From NCBI GenBank assembly GCA_973851085.1, contig OZ316776.1:12400001-12464000 (forward strand): DNA of 64,000 bases. The letters are read 5' to 3'. The position numbers and the translations under genes are program-made. The notes under the pieces are model-generated. The model had not been told where the DNA came from, made no database searches, and was given only the letters and a program-made list of their open reading frames with translations. This DNA is from Ptychomitrium polyphyllum (taxonomy: Eukaryota). Below are positions 52,462 to 64,000 of the stretch, piece by piece. Within the stretch, counting starts at the first letter, position 1. Each line of letters begins with the position of its first letter.

Positions 52462-54503
52462 GGCGCCGCTCCTCCCAACGCCCCTCCCCGGACGACCACC
52501 GGCCCCGCTCACGGCCCCCTCCGATCGCCCGCGACCCAGATCCACCGCTCCCACGCTCATCCCCGCCGTACCGCCAAGATCCCACCCCGCCGCCCGCGCG
52601 CGCCCTCACCTGGCGCAGCGCCCACCGCAGCCCCGCGCTCCTCCACCCAGGGCAGCTCAGGGAAGCCCTCCGCGCTGCTCACTCATCGACCCCGATGCGC
52701 CAAACCCTAAGACCCAAAACTCCCCTCCGTCGCGTCCGCACCAAACCTCCCGCATCCGAGGCCCCGGGGTACCGCGTGCCGCTCCACACCGAGACCCTCC
52801 ACCAAGGGTGTGAAGAATGTGGGATCGGAGCTCCAGCGTGACGGGATGCACAGGAGACCGAGGACAGACGTGCACGGCTTGGGTGTGTCCGACAGGAGTT
52901 GTGCTTAGGTGTGGTGGACACTCAGCTGCACACAGCAACGCAATCACCTGCCAGCGGCTGATGGGACTCACCCTTGCGCGGCTTTGGGTCGTCGTTCTTC
53001 AATCATGCGCCTGGACCCCCATTGATTGCCGTCCTCCGTTGATTGATCAATGTATTTATTCCGTCTTGTGAAAAGGGACGAGCCTGCCAGTACGGTGGTG
53101 TGGTCGCTTCCCAGGGTTTCTTTTCTGTAGGGACATTTTTGGTTCATTTACTCTTTTTCTTAATATATAGTATTGCAGCTTGTTCTTTTTCTGAAATTTT
53201 TTCTAAGGAACAATAGTTTGTCTGAATGATTGATATTCTAAGGAACTCAACAAACATGTCAAAACGTTGCTTTCTTTTAACATAACAAAAACAAAATGAT
53301 TTCAAGAATTTTGATATTACTTTAAAGCCATCTAGTTGTTTAAAATTCTTCAAAGTAAAAACCCTCAACTTTCGATTTTTACACCAACAAATGTAATTTG
53401 ATAGGTGAAAATTTTCAATTCCAAACTACATAAATCTATTTATCCGAATGTTTATTTTTTTAATCTTTTAAGCAATTTCGTCATTTTTTTATGAATTAAA
53501 ATGAAATTTATAACTTCATTTGTTAACTTCAATAATCTCACATTATATGGAAAAAATTTGGCTAAAAGTTAGAATCATAATGATTTACAATTTATATAAG
53601 TGTGCAAAATAAATATTGCTTCTAAACATGTACTAATGAATAAATACAAAGTATATAAGGACTTATGTTCATACATATCATGTATACAAGTGAACTATCA
53701 AAAGAAGTAATGACCATATTTGATTTTTCAACCTAATAAAATCAGATTGTCCATATATTATATTATCAATACCATATTATTTTCTATAGATGCTTATAAT
53801 TTGAGAATTGCTAGAATTATTATGGATTCATATTCAATTATGGTATTATATTAAATAATATCAAGCTTTTGTAGATTAAAAGTTAAATCATACAATACTA
53901 TAGTTTGTGCAAAAAATTTAAAATAAAAACATTTATGTAGAATCTTAATATTTTAATGAATGTCGTAAAGATACCATTGTAACAATTTATGCTTTATAAT
54001 GAAAATTTTATAAGCAAGCTTTTGATATAATATTTGGAAATAGACACTATTTTTATTCATTCTCCTTACATTCTTAAAAAGTAATATATAATTGTCCTAG
54101 AAACTTAGAATAAAAAATCTAAGCTAACTTCTATGGATTTAAAATAAACATTTTTTTGGTAAAGGATAACCTTGTGTTTACAATAAACTTCAAGTAAATC
54201 CTTTTTAAGTTTAATTTTCTTAGAAGCACCATTCTCTCAAAGCATTTCTAATAGAGTGATAGATTCCAAAATTACACCAAAGAGAACCTAACATAGATTA
54301 AAACAAATCTAAAGTTATAGACTTGGGACCAACCCCTCTTGTTAACTTTAGTTAACTTTAGTTAGACCTTTAGACAAAGGTTGAAGGATGCAACCAAAAT
54401 ATCTTATAACTTTACATGATATAACTTTAGACAGGTTATCCTGTATATAACCGAAAGAATTAAATTAAATGTGATCATCTGAAAAGAAGAAGAATCTTGG
54501 GGT

Positions 54504-56931
54504 TCAATGTCGGAATTGCGCCAAGTGGTCCTTGTTCTTCCTGCACCAAAACATTCCACGCGTGTAGCTCAGGCTGAAGTTTCTGGTTACCATTGTTCTG
54601 GAGACAAGAAACAATACAGGGCACTCGCTAAAAGATTGTCACGGCTAATCCAGATAGACCACCTCCTAGTAGACGACCAGAGAAGTCATGTCTAAGCTGC
54701 ATCAGGCAGAGAAGCTGAAAGATCCAAACCAGGTTAGATAAAAGTAGTTGCATAGCACCAATTCGCAATAGAGAAGCCCCAGGACTTCATTCCTATTCTC
54801 TGCAACAATCAATGCAAAGAAATGAAGAGTGACGTAGTATGGAGAAAACAGGATGCTTAACAAACCTGAAGCACTTGCTGCCATATTTACACAGTGGTAA
54901 AGCATCGTCTCCATCTAGCTCGTTGTCCTTGACAGGTCTGCTTGGAGCAGGAGCGTCACCAGCAATCTGAGCATTCCGTTTGCCTCTGCCTTCATTCATT
55001 TCATCTTCCTCCTCAACCTCATCTTCGTCCTCATCTATCCAATCATCTTCATCGTCTGCAACCTATAATCATCCAAGTAACGTCATCAATCATCACTACA
55101 AAGCCCAGCTAGCTCAATGAGCATCTGAATGAATAGTTTCTGAGCCCTACCCTACACTAACATTCTGAATCTACAGCTCTAAAACTGGAAAGCATCTCAG
55201 CCTTCTTGTTGCTTCGTAAAAACCAGAGCTAAGAAAGCTCAGTATTTTTTAGACCAAAATTTTACAAAGAAAGGAAGCAAAAGAAGCTCGGTGAACACCT
55301 CAGGCTCATCTTTTTCTTCAACATCGTCTGCAAGAAAGCCATCGAGATCTTCCCCGTCATCATCTTCTTCCTCCTCTTCCTCCTTCGGTCTTGATTTCCG
55401 CTTGGTGCTTTTCTTTGTAGATGTTGTCGCTTGTCGGGAATTAATATCTGGACCATGTTCTGAAGTTGAAACCAACTTTCGTTTCTTTCTTGGCTCTGAA
55501 GAAGTCGCAAAATCATGGGATCGAGTCTGCACATCATTCTTCCGTGACACAGACCGTTTACCAGTCGAGAGTAGCTCCTTTTCCCCTTCACTGTCTCCTC
55601 GCCAATCATCGTCGTCGTCATCATCAATTAAACGTTTGGCTTTCTGGTTTGCCTTGGACCCTAATCAATTGAACACCGTCATACCAAAACTATCAAGTCC
55701 CTGCTACTTACAATTCATCACCATATCTGATCAATAAAATCTCGAAAGCAACAATGAAATGGTGTAAACTTTCATGAGAGTTGCTCTGAGTGGACATATC
55801 TCCAAACATAAATTCTCCATGCAACAGCTTTTTTTAAATGCAAGGATGAAGTTCTTTCGCAGTTAAACCTGCTGTGATCCTGCTCCGCTTTCCAGACTGA
55901 TCGTGGCTGACCTGCACACCTCCTTCTTCATCTTCAGCTTCATCACTATCATTTGCTGGACGCCTCCCAATTTTCCAATCCCACTTGCTTATATCAAGTC
56001 CCCTCTTGCCATAACGCTCAAACTCTGATCCTTCAACAACGAATCCAAACTCTGGCCATTCCATCGAAACCACAAGTTTCAACCAACGGAACTTCGTGCA
56101 AGTAAGTCAATTTCAATTAGATTCAAAATCCAGAAAGGAGAAAGGTCCTCATTCGTTAGAAGATCGCTTACTCTTAACTAATTCTATGTCGTCTACTTCT
56201 ATCCTTGGTCCATCGGTTAGCTCAAGGTCATCAGCTTCGGGTGGATCGTATTCGCTGACAACAAGCTCTTGCTGAGGAATCAAGTCTTCACCTTCTTTCC
56301 TTTCCCCTCCCACTTGACCTCCAATTCTATCTCCTTCCTGTATCGACATCTTCTGCTCGACTTGCAAACGCTCTTGCTTCCGCCGTTGCCACCTCGCCAC
56401 AGCCTCGGCAATGCCTTCCTCCTCATCTGGATCAGCTGTGGCTATACCTTCTTCAGTCCCTTGGTTTCCCTCTCCTTCATCCCGCTTGTCACTTTGATCA
56501 CGCCCTAATGATTTTCCACTGCCTGTACTCCAATTTCTTCGAAGCTCTGACTCACCAGAACGATGCAGTTCCAGAGCAACCCTTGCAACTGGCTCTTGCA
56601 GCGTGTAGAAAATTGGTTCCTGAATAGAGAGCGAGAACTTGTCTCCGATTTGCAATAAGCTCTTTGTCCCCGATTTCGCGATTTCCACCTCATCGCTCGC
56701 CCCTTCTCGACCATTGCAGTGGATGACACAAATGGGATTCGGGCCAATCACCTCGATTGAAAGGCTGAAACGAAAACGGTCCTTAGATGCCGTGGTCCGC
56801 TGCACTTGCAGGCGCAGTTGTCGGCGAGACACGGTTTGGTCGTGGGGCGCAAACCCTGGACCTCTGCCAAGCACTTTCCCTACGCTTTCAGAGAGCTCCG
56901 CAACGCTCCCATCCTCTCCTTGAAGCTCCAT
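54504..56931 (-). CDS. FHA-like + acidic + PBZ zinc-finger protein (APLF-like architecture), multi-exon
   Basis: N-terminal LGRGPG..DQTVSRRQL..IGPNP (PNKP/aprataxin-type FHA); D/E-rich middle exons; last two exons (55062-54866, 54540-54504) splice to PLCKYGSKCFR|KNKDHLAQFRH*. Confidence 0.8.
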
Positions 56932-58349
56932 CAATCAAACTTCCCGACTTAAACCCTAGACCTTTAACAAACGCATTCAAGGCGGTATACTGCATGAAGA
57001 CATAGTTGCAGCCTTACCACCGGAATGGGTGCTCTCCTCAACCCTATTGAAAATGGTCAACACAAATCTCAAGGTGAAACGCACGACGAAAGACGAGGAG
57101 CTCAGCGAGGACTTCTAACATATGCCAAAGGAAAACGACCATTGTACTAATCTGCGATACGGGAGAAAAAATAAGAGATGCTTGACATTTCAACGAGGTT
57201 TCAGATTTCCTCCCAACCCACACACAGACATAAGAAACAGAACCCCTCCTTTCTTGAACCACGAGTTTAACGTCGAAGCACGAAGCAACCGCGAAACTTG
57301 GAGGCTACTGTTACTTGACAACTACATGGAGATGCAACAAGCATCATACACCTTTACCTCAGATTGCAGGTGCCATCGGCTAGCTGCATCACTATCCCAC
57401 GGGCAAAACACATTCAGTTTTGGTGTACCGGTTGATCTCTCGCGAAGCACCCATCAGACTGGCTTGTAATATAAAATTCAGAGTAGACGATGGAGAGAAG
57501 TCGCATGCTCATTGCAGTGCTTCCTCAAATTGCTCGCCACACGGTCCTCAACAGGCGGATTATTTGTGTCGTTACAGGATGCGCGATGCCATGATTTTCG
57601 ACAAGCATGAGACTCACAATCGGTGTTCTTGCAGACTCGTTACCCCGAAGTCTTCACTGCACATAAACTTATCGATACTATCTACCAATATCCTCCATGC
57701 GAATCTTCGATAAACTTAGTCCACCGACTGAGCAAGTTTGCTTCAGAAGTTCGACGAACTTGATGAGTTGCAATGAAACTGAAACGGGCAACATGAATAC
57801 GCAAAGCTTCGATTCTTGGAATCTTTCTCGAGCGAATTGAAGGTAGGATCTCCAAGCCTAGGCAAAGTCAGCATTGCGCAGGTCTCAGGAGCTTGAGAAG
57901 ATAATTTAACTTAGTTCAGCCATTGCAATGATGGCACTTTCAGTGCAAGATTCAAGCATTACTATCCCAATTTTATCATTTTTTTCTTTTTCTTGTTTCC
58001 AAGTTACTGGTATCAGCAGAAAAATTAAGCCACAGGCTTTTAGCAGGTAGTCATCTGCGACCATGAACACCATGAACTTCTCTCAGCAAAAGAATGTCAG
58101 CTGAAGCACCAATAACTCCCAGAACGGAAATTAATGCAGGAACAAACAGACGTCATTGGCACTCCTCAAAATGTTAATAGATTCAATAGTTATTTTCAAC
58201 CTTCTGATAAATCAGTTTTTTTTAAACACACCTCTCGGCTTGTATAATCAACAGAGAACTATATGTTCTAAGATTGATTCGGAGTTCTAAGCATGACTAC
58301 AAAACTCAAAAGCAAAGATATGAATTGAGGAAGTACAGTGCTGTAATGT

Positions 58350-60168
58350 CTAAGAACTGCTCTTATCAGATGTTTGAAATCCAAAACCAATAAGTAAAGA
58401 GCTGCTATCAACATTAAAGCCAACTTTGGCCATAAGCTCCTCCAACCGCTGTTGGTCTGTCAAATAAAGGTACCCAATCTGCATAACGACATCCCCATAC
58501 GCTTAGGGCTTTGTCTGCAATGATGGAGAGCACTGACCGGGAAGAGAGACAAAAGTTACTATCATTAACGTGATAAAGATTTTTGACACAAACCAAGCAT
58601 TCATTTTCTTTAACTTTCGTGTGCTTTTTTGAGAGAAAAGGTTGCGAGTAGGAAAGCTGACTTACTAGAGTTTCTAAAGCCGATGCACTACTGTAAACCT
58701 TACTACCAGCTCGCCTACTTGCCCGCCTTTGACCAGTTTCTATATTCTTTCCCCATCTTACTACGTCCCTGCAAATATCTTCAGAGTCAGGGGTTTACCC
58801 GTGATAGAGAGAAGACAAGAAAATATCAACCAATGTCAATTCCGAGCATCAGAAAGAACTTACAGAAAGTTACATAGTAAACCTGACAATAAATGTGGCA
58901 CAAATCCTACCTTTCTTCATCGGTAAGAAAGTTGCCCTTGAGTAGCTGCTGGAGCATGGCGTCCTGCCACACCCAACAATTAAGAACCTACTTGAATTAG
59001 CGAAACAACACTACACTATCTCAAGAAGAGAACGGACATAATTGTCCATTTCTCGTCCATCTTCATGAAGCTTCAGAGTTATGTGTAAACTACTCCACGA
59101 AAAGGCCGAAAATTTAATATAACTTTCCCTTAGACATCTATCCACCGAGATGAAAGAAAAGAGAAAGAACGCAAAAACATGTTCTGTACACAACCCAATA
59201 CACGCATAGTTCACTATACAACATACCAGCAAATGCACATGCTCTTTAATATAAACTATAGAAGGACAAATTCCAACCTGTGCTTCACAACAGACCAAGC
59301 TCATAACTCGCTGGTTGTAACTATCTACATTTTGAGGGGGCGTCAAGAAGTGGCGCCGCACATAAATCTGCCCAAACCCCATTCCAATGTTGAGAAAACA
59401 AACGAAAGAAGATATGAAACCAGAAAAAAGGTGAAACTCTAGTGGTCCTTAAGTAGAAGATGGTTTGCATTCCATCCAGCTCAGTTTCCAATTATTCCAG
59501 ATTTAGTGCCCAGCCATGTCGGAGGATGGATCAAGTGAGTAAACCTCATAAATTGAGTCGCCTAAGTAAGCAAGGGAAGCTGCATTATGAACTGCTCGTG
59601 GTTTCTCGACCGGAGGAGGAGATGGCAACCACACTTTTGCGTTATCCTGCACTGCACACACAACACCAAGTCAGAAAGCACAAATCAGCGCGGCCCTAAT
59701 CGAGAGCCATTCAAACACTAAACAATTAATCCCATAGTAATAAGTGCAAACTAGTTTATATCCAGCTACCACTTCATGACGGCTATCTTTGAACCTTTAG
59801 ACTACACCTATTTCTAAACACTGACAAAGCCCTAACTCGGTACGTCATAAATTGTGATTGGACACATCCTGGCTCTTCTACAGAGACAAAAGAGTTATTG
59901 TACACTACTCTGATCCAGCTCTCATTCCCAATCCCCAAGTCAGTTTCACATACCTCACTCAAGACCAAAAATAACCGCCAAATATGAAATCCTGACAAGT
60001 ACCTACAGAGGAAATGTCGGAATTGGCCACTGCTGCGCGGTCCAAGAGCCTCCGAAGGTCGAGTTGAGGCCGCTGGCGGCGCGGACGTGAAGGAGATGCT
60101 GCGTCGTTATCGCTGGGCGTGGCGAGCCATGGCCATGAACAGACCCAGCGATGCTGCTGCAATGCCAT
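58350..60168 (-). CDS. Plastid Mini-ribonuclease III (RNC3/RNC4-like); exons 60168-60007, 59646-59545, 59367-59278, 58963-58911, 58768-58666, 58478-58350
   Basis: Six GT-AG exons join in frame: NAASLAYLGDSIYE|IYVRRHFL..VCCEAQ|DAMLQQLL..LTDEE|RDVVRWGKN..YSSASALETL|IGYLYLTD; RNase III signature, no dsRBD. Confidence 0.93.
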
Positions 60169-60178
60169 CGCTCGTCAA

Positions 60179-60187
60179 TTAGGGTTT
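60179..60187 (-). promoter_or_regulatory. Telo-box AAACCCTAA just upstream of the Mini-III ATG
   Basis: Exact motif. Similar AAACCCTA motifs lie near gene 5' ends at 12627, 52702, 56951 and 62521. Confidence 0.55.
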
Positions 60188-60567
60188 TCGCAGAGCTTGG
60201 AAGGTCGAGCAAAGCATTGTTGGGAAATGCAATTAATGCAGACTCCCAAGTCCACTACCTGGCTTCCCTCTCGAAGCTCAAGAAGACAAGGGCTCCACAC
60301 AAATCCCAGCTCCCGTCCCAGAACCGAAGCGATGACATGAGGAAATTAACAGAACTCCTTGGTTCCTGGCTCAAAAGCAACCAGATAAAGAAGTGCAGGT
60401 GCGCAGAAAGGAGACCCTCCTGTGAATCCTCGAGACGGAGACGATGAGGGAATTGGCACTGCGGACACAACGCGAGTGCGCACCGGATTCCGAGGCGAGA
60501 GCTCCCACCAGGGCTCTCTCGTAGGCAGCCAGAAGTTGGATAAGCAATCCCCCCTGCTGACGAACCT

Positions 60568-60690
60568 CGTTCGCTTCGCTGCCTCTGTTCGTTCGACACT
60601 AATTGGTTCGTTCGACGCTAATTGGTTCGTTCGACTCTCTCTTGGTTCGTTCGTTCGACTCTCTCTTGGTTCGTTCGTTCGCTCGTTAGT
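60568..60690. repeat. Short tandem repeats built on TTGGTTCGTTCG, upstream of Mini-III
   Basis: ctaattggttcgttcgac x2 followed by ctctctcttggttcgttcgttcg x2. Confidence 0.8.
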
Positions 60691-62694
60691 TCCGAATCTT
60701 TCATCCTTCCCTTCGTCGCCCGTCCAGCCTGATGATCAGATATGGTGAGCCCTCCGTTCTTTGTAAACTCATCCTGTGTGTTTCAGAAAGTGGATTCTTT
60801 ACTCAAGATGTATGTTTCGAAATATGTGTGGCAATCAAGGGGTGAAATTCTATAATCTTGAAGTATATGCGTCAGTAATAAACACAAATGGCATGAAGAA
60901 GGAGGTGGCGTTAGTTATGAAATTTTGATTGAAAATGATTTAAATTTACAAAAATTCTACTAACCAATAAATTTGGATAATAGTTTGGATTTTATTCTTA
61001 AATAGTGATGATAGTTATGTATGTGAATTAAGATCAATAAGAATCTAACCTTGTAATTACAAAAGAAATAGTTCTTATTTTGTAAAATTTTGAAACAATT
61101 GAATGAATGAACAAATAAATAAATAAATAAACGTTGAATAAGTATAGAAAGAGCATCAAAAGTTTGTATAATTGATGATCTAATTCACTCAAACAAACAA
61201 GCAAATGAGGTAGCATTGACCAAGCTTTAAATAAGCATCAAAATTTATTAGAACTTCTTCTATCAATTTATAACTACTTTAACATGCCTTTGTATATTTG
61301 CATGTACTTTTTAAGATCCACCTTCATCAAAGTTTGCATATATTTGTTCCAAAGTAGTTTTTTTTCAATTTGGATTTTATCATGGTATATTGTGCTTGAT
61401 GCAAAAGGTTTTTGTAGTAAAAAAAAATGTTTAATTTTGAATATCTTTAAGCCATTTCTTGTTGTTTTTAACCAAAGCTTTAATGTTTGTGTTTATAAAA
61501 AATTTAAATACAATAATAAGATTATTTTTTAATTCAAAAAATAAAAGTTCATTCATTTAATTGGCACGTTTATCAATATTTTTAAGTAGATTCGTTTTTT
61601 TGAAAATACTTCAATTACCTTTTTTAACTTTTCTAACTTGCCTATCTTTAAAAATTCCATTAAGATTTTATAATTGTAATTCAAAGTTCATGAATTATCA
61701 AATGGAATTGAAAATACAAGAAGTTTAGTTGTACATTATTAAATTAACCTTATAATTATTAACTAAGATTCAAATGTGTTATGTTGGACATTTACCATTT
61801 ATAAGATAAAATAAAATTTATGCCAAAGTTGCCTTGCCTTTTAAGTATGATACTTATTTCACTTTGTTCTTTTATAATGCAATAGTCATTTATATTGTAG
61901 GTGCAAAATGGTTTGTAGTGGATCACAACATAAAAGAACACAATAATGAAACACTTAATCAATAAACTTTTAAAAAACCTTGATCCAGTTATTTGTCACT
62001 AATATTAATAAAGGATTTTGATAATACAAAAAGACAAAACAGCTAGATCCATGTACGGAAAAATGAGGTGTATAACCAAATTTTACATGGGTATCTCAGA
62101 TAACGTTGTGGTATTAACAAGTATTACCTAGATAATACACGAGTAACAAGAAAAACTGTGACCGCCTGGCAGTAATGGAGAAGAAATCACCTCTCGCGAG
62201 ATCTTTGACGCTCCAACCAGAAAAGGACTCTCAGGCGTTCGTACTTCCGCTTTTCGATTGATACCGGTACGATACCGCCGTGGTACTTTACACAGTTCTG
62301 CCACGCTCGCGTGATATCTAGGCGGGTATATGCAAAAATGGAATGAAGACAGCGTTGTAAGCATGTCTGGGGGCTCCTTGCGAGTGCGGGTCGGAGTTTC
62401 TAGAGCCCAGCGCTGCGCTGCGACGCAGATGCGCCATTTTGATTTCGTCGGAGGCGCGATCATTCTCTAGCCCGGGGCTGGAACGCCTCACACTCGTTCA
62501 CTCTTGTGTGTGTGAGATACTAGGGTTTCAAGAGCCTTTCGCATAGACCTTTTTGGTTTCGATCATGTGTAGGGTTGAGAGATGTAGTGCTTTGGTGGAG
62601 GAGTGATCTCGGAGGTGGAGACGGCGAGCGAGCGAGCGAGTGCGGAGGAGAGCAGGGAGAGCGGATGTGATCTACATTGTGGAGAAGTGGGGAA

Positions 62695-63834
62695 ATGGCG
62701 TCTCCGCGTGTGCAGAGGATGGGCGGCGCTTTCAATCGTACGAGTTCTGGCTCTCCGCGGCTGCAAGCGTTGGCTGCGCACAGATCGTCGTCGCTGACTC
62801 GGTTCGATCGGGAGAGCCTGTCGGACAATGCTCCTGATGCTGCGGCCGCGGAGGCAGCGTCGCGGGCTGCTATTGAGGAGTTTAAGAACGACAGGATCTT
62901 CTCCAAGTTTCTCGTGGACGACTTCAATGCCACGCAATTTGCTAGTGAGGCTCTGAGCAGTGGATCCGCTGCGGCCTCTTCTGAGAAGCTTCAGGAGGGA
63001 ATTCAGCTGCTCGAGAGGCAGCTGAGGAGTGAGGTTTTCTTGCGGCACGATGAGCTGCTGGAGCAGCTGTCGAGTTTGAAGGAAACAGAGAGTGTTCTTA
63101 CGGTAGTGAGGGCTGGGGTAGAGAGCTTGCAAGCATCGACTCAAAGAGTGAGGGCAGAGATTGCGGAGCCCTACAAGAATATTAAAACTAAGTCTAAGCA
63201 ATTGGCGTCCCTCCACGATACAGTAGAGCTTCTGAGGACGGTGATTAGGGTTCTGAAGCAGGTGAAGCGACTACAAGAATTGATGGAAGCGGGTGGTGCT
63301 AACGTGGACCTGGCTAAGGCTGCCCAACTGTACAATGAGATAGAAACCCTACGAAAGGAGACCGATCTTGCCGGCGTGGAGGTTGTGGATGACGAGATTC
63401 CGTTGCTTTTGGAAGTCGGGAATCAAATTAGGAGCGAAGCAATGAAAGGTTTAGAGAAGGGCATGGAGGCCCTCAACCAGGCGGAGGTGGGTAGCATTTT
63501 GCAGGTGTATTACAATATGGGCGAGCTCAAGCCTACGGTTGAGTCTTTGATTGGAAAATACAAGCAACTGACTATCAAATGTGTGAGCATTGCTCTGGAT
63601 ATGAAAGCCATTTCGGCAAGTGTTGGAGGTTCTCTTGGTACCAGTGGTATGCAACGTAGTAATGCTTCTCAAGGTGCAGGTGTCCCAAGAGCAAGAGAAA
63701 GCCTGTGGCAGAGAATGGGAACCTGCATGGACCAGCTGCACGGCATAGTAGTCGCAGTTTGGCATTTACAGCGAGTATTGGCAAAGAAAAGAGATCCTAT
63801 TTCTCACGTTGGATTTTTGGACGAAGTTATGCAG
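62695..63834 (+). CDS. COG5: Conserved oligomeric Golgi complex subunit 5, first coding exon (gene continues beyond the window)
   Basis: FSKFLVDDFNATQFASEAL..EKLQEGIQLLERQLRSEV; LNQAEVGSILQVYYNMGEL; AVWHLQRVLAKKRDPISH; donor GTAAGG at 63835. Confidence 0.92.
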
Positions 63835-64000
63835 GTAAGGGGCTGCAAATTTTAGAATCATTCTTTGGAGGCTCTTTTTGCTGAGAGGCTATCTCTTCTT
63901 ATAAAGCTCTCCATTAGTTATTTAAAGTTGAGAATACATCGAAATTAATGTCAAAAAGCATTTAGTTATACCTTAGAATTTCAGTCTATTCGATGCTTCT

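Noticed and set aside
51218..52813. Long alternative-frame and antisense ORFs (463, 488, 336 aa)
   Set aside because: Low-complexity Gly/Arg/His/Pro translations expected from extreme GC3 of the real gene
53140..54480. Very AT-rich blocks (also ~11180-12200 and ~60900-62100)
   Set aside because: No termini, TSD or coding remnants I can support; probably decayed repeats or intergenic DNA
3345..60168. Functional cluster or bacterial HGT island (Mfd, APLF-like, Mini-III)
   Set aside because: Genes are dispersed among unrelated housekeeping genes, mostly carry spliceosomal introns or transit-like peptides, and belong to known plant nuclear families

Overview
Eukaryotic, intron-containing plant DNA. 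Gene content and TE types point to a moss, probably Physcomitrium patens (inference). Left arm (1-14.3 kb): degenerate F-box/kelch-like fragments, an intronless plastid-type Mfd/TRCF helicase, a 4-exon PLAC8/CNR gene and a truncated NBR1-like PB1 gene. Centre (16071-39524): a 23.5-kb nest of Ty3/Gypsy chromoviruses from two families. The outer family-A element (TSD ATTTG) has a self-priming-type PBS and an extra 3' ORF. Inside it are family-B elements and LTRs whose TSDs, orientations and patchy near-identity suggest an LTR-mediated ~11-kb inversion and repeated local gene conversion. Right arm (40-64 kb): a CID/RPRD gene with a U12-type intron, a plastid HMA-like gene, a P450 pseudogene, a very GC-rich intronless GPR107/108-type gene, an FHA+acidic+PBZ (APLF-like) gene, a 6-exon plastid Mini-RNase III hidden from the ORF track, and exon 1 of COG5. 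All calls are by eye from motifs; no database search was run.
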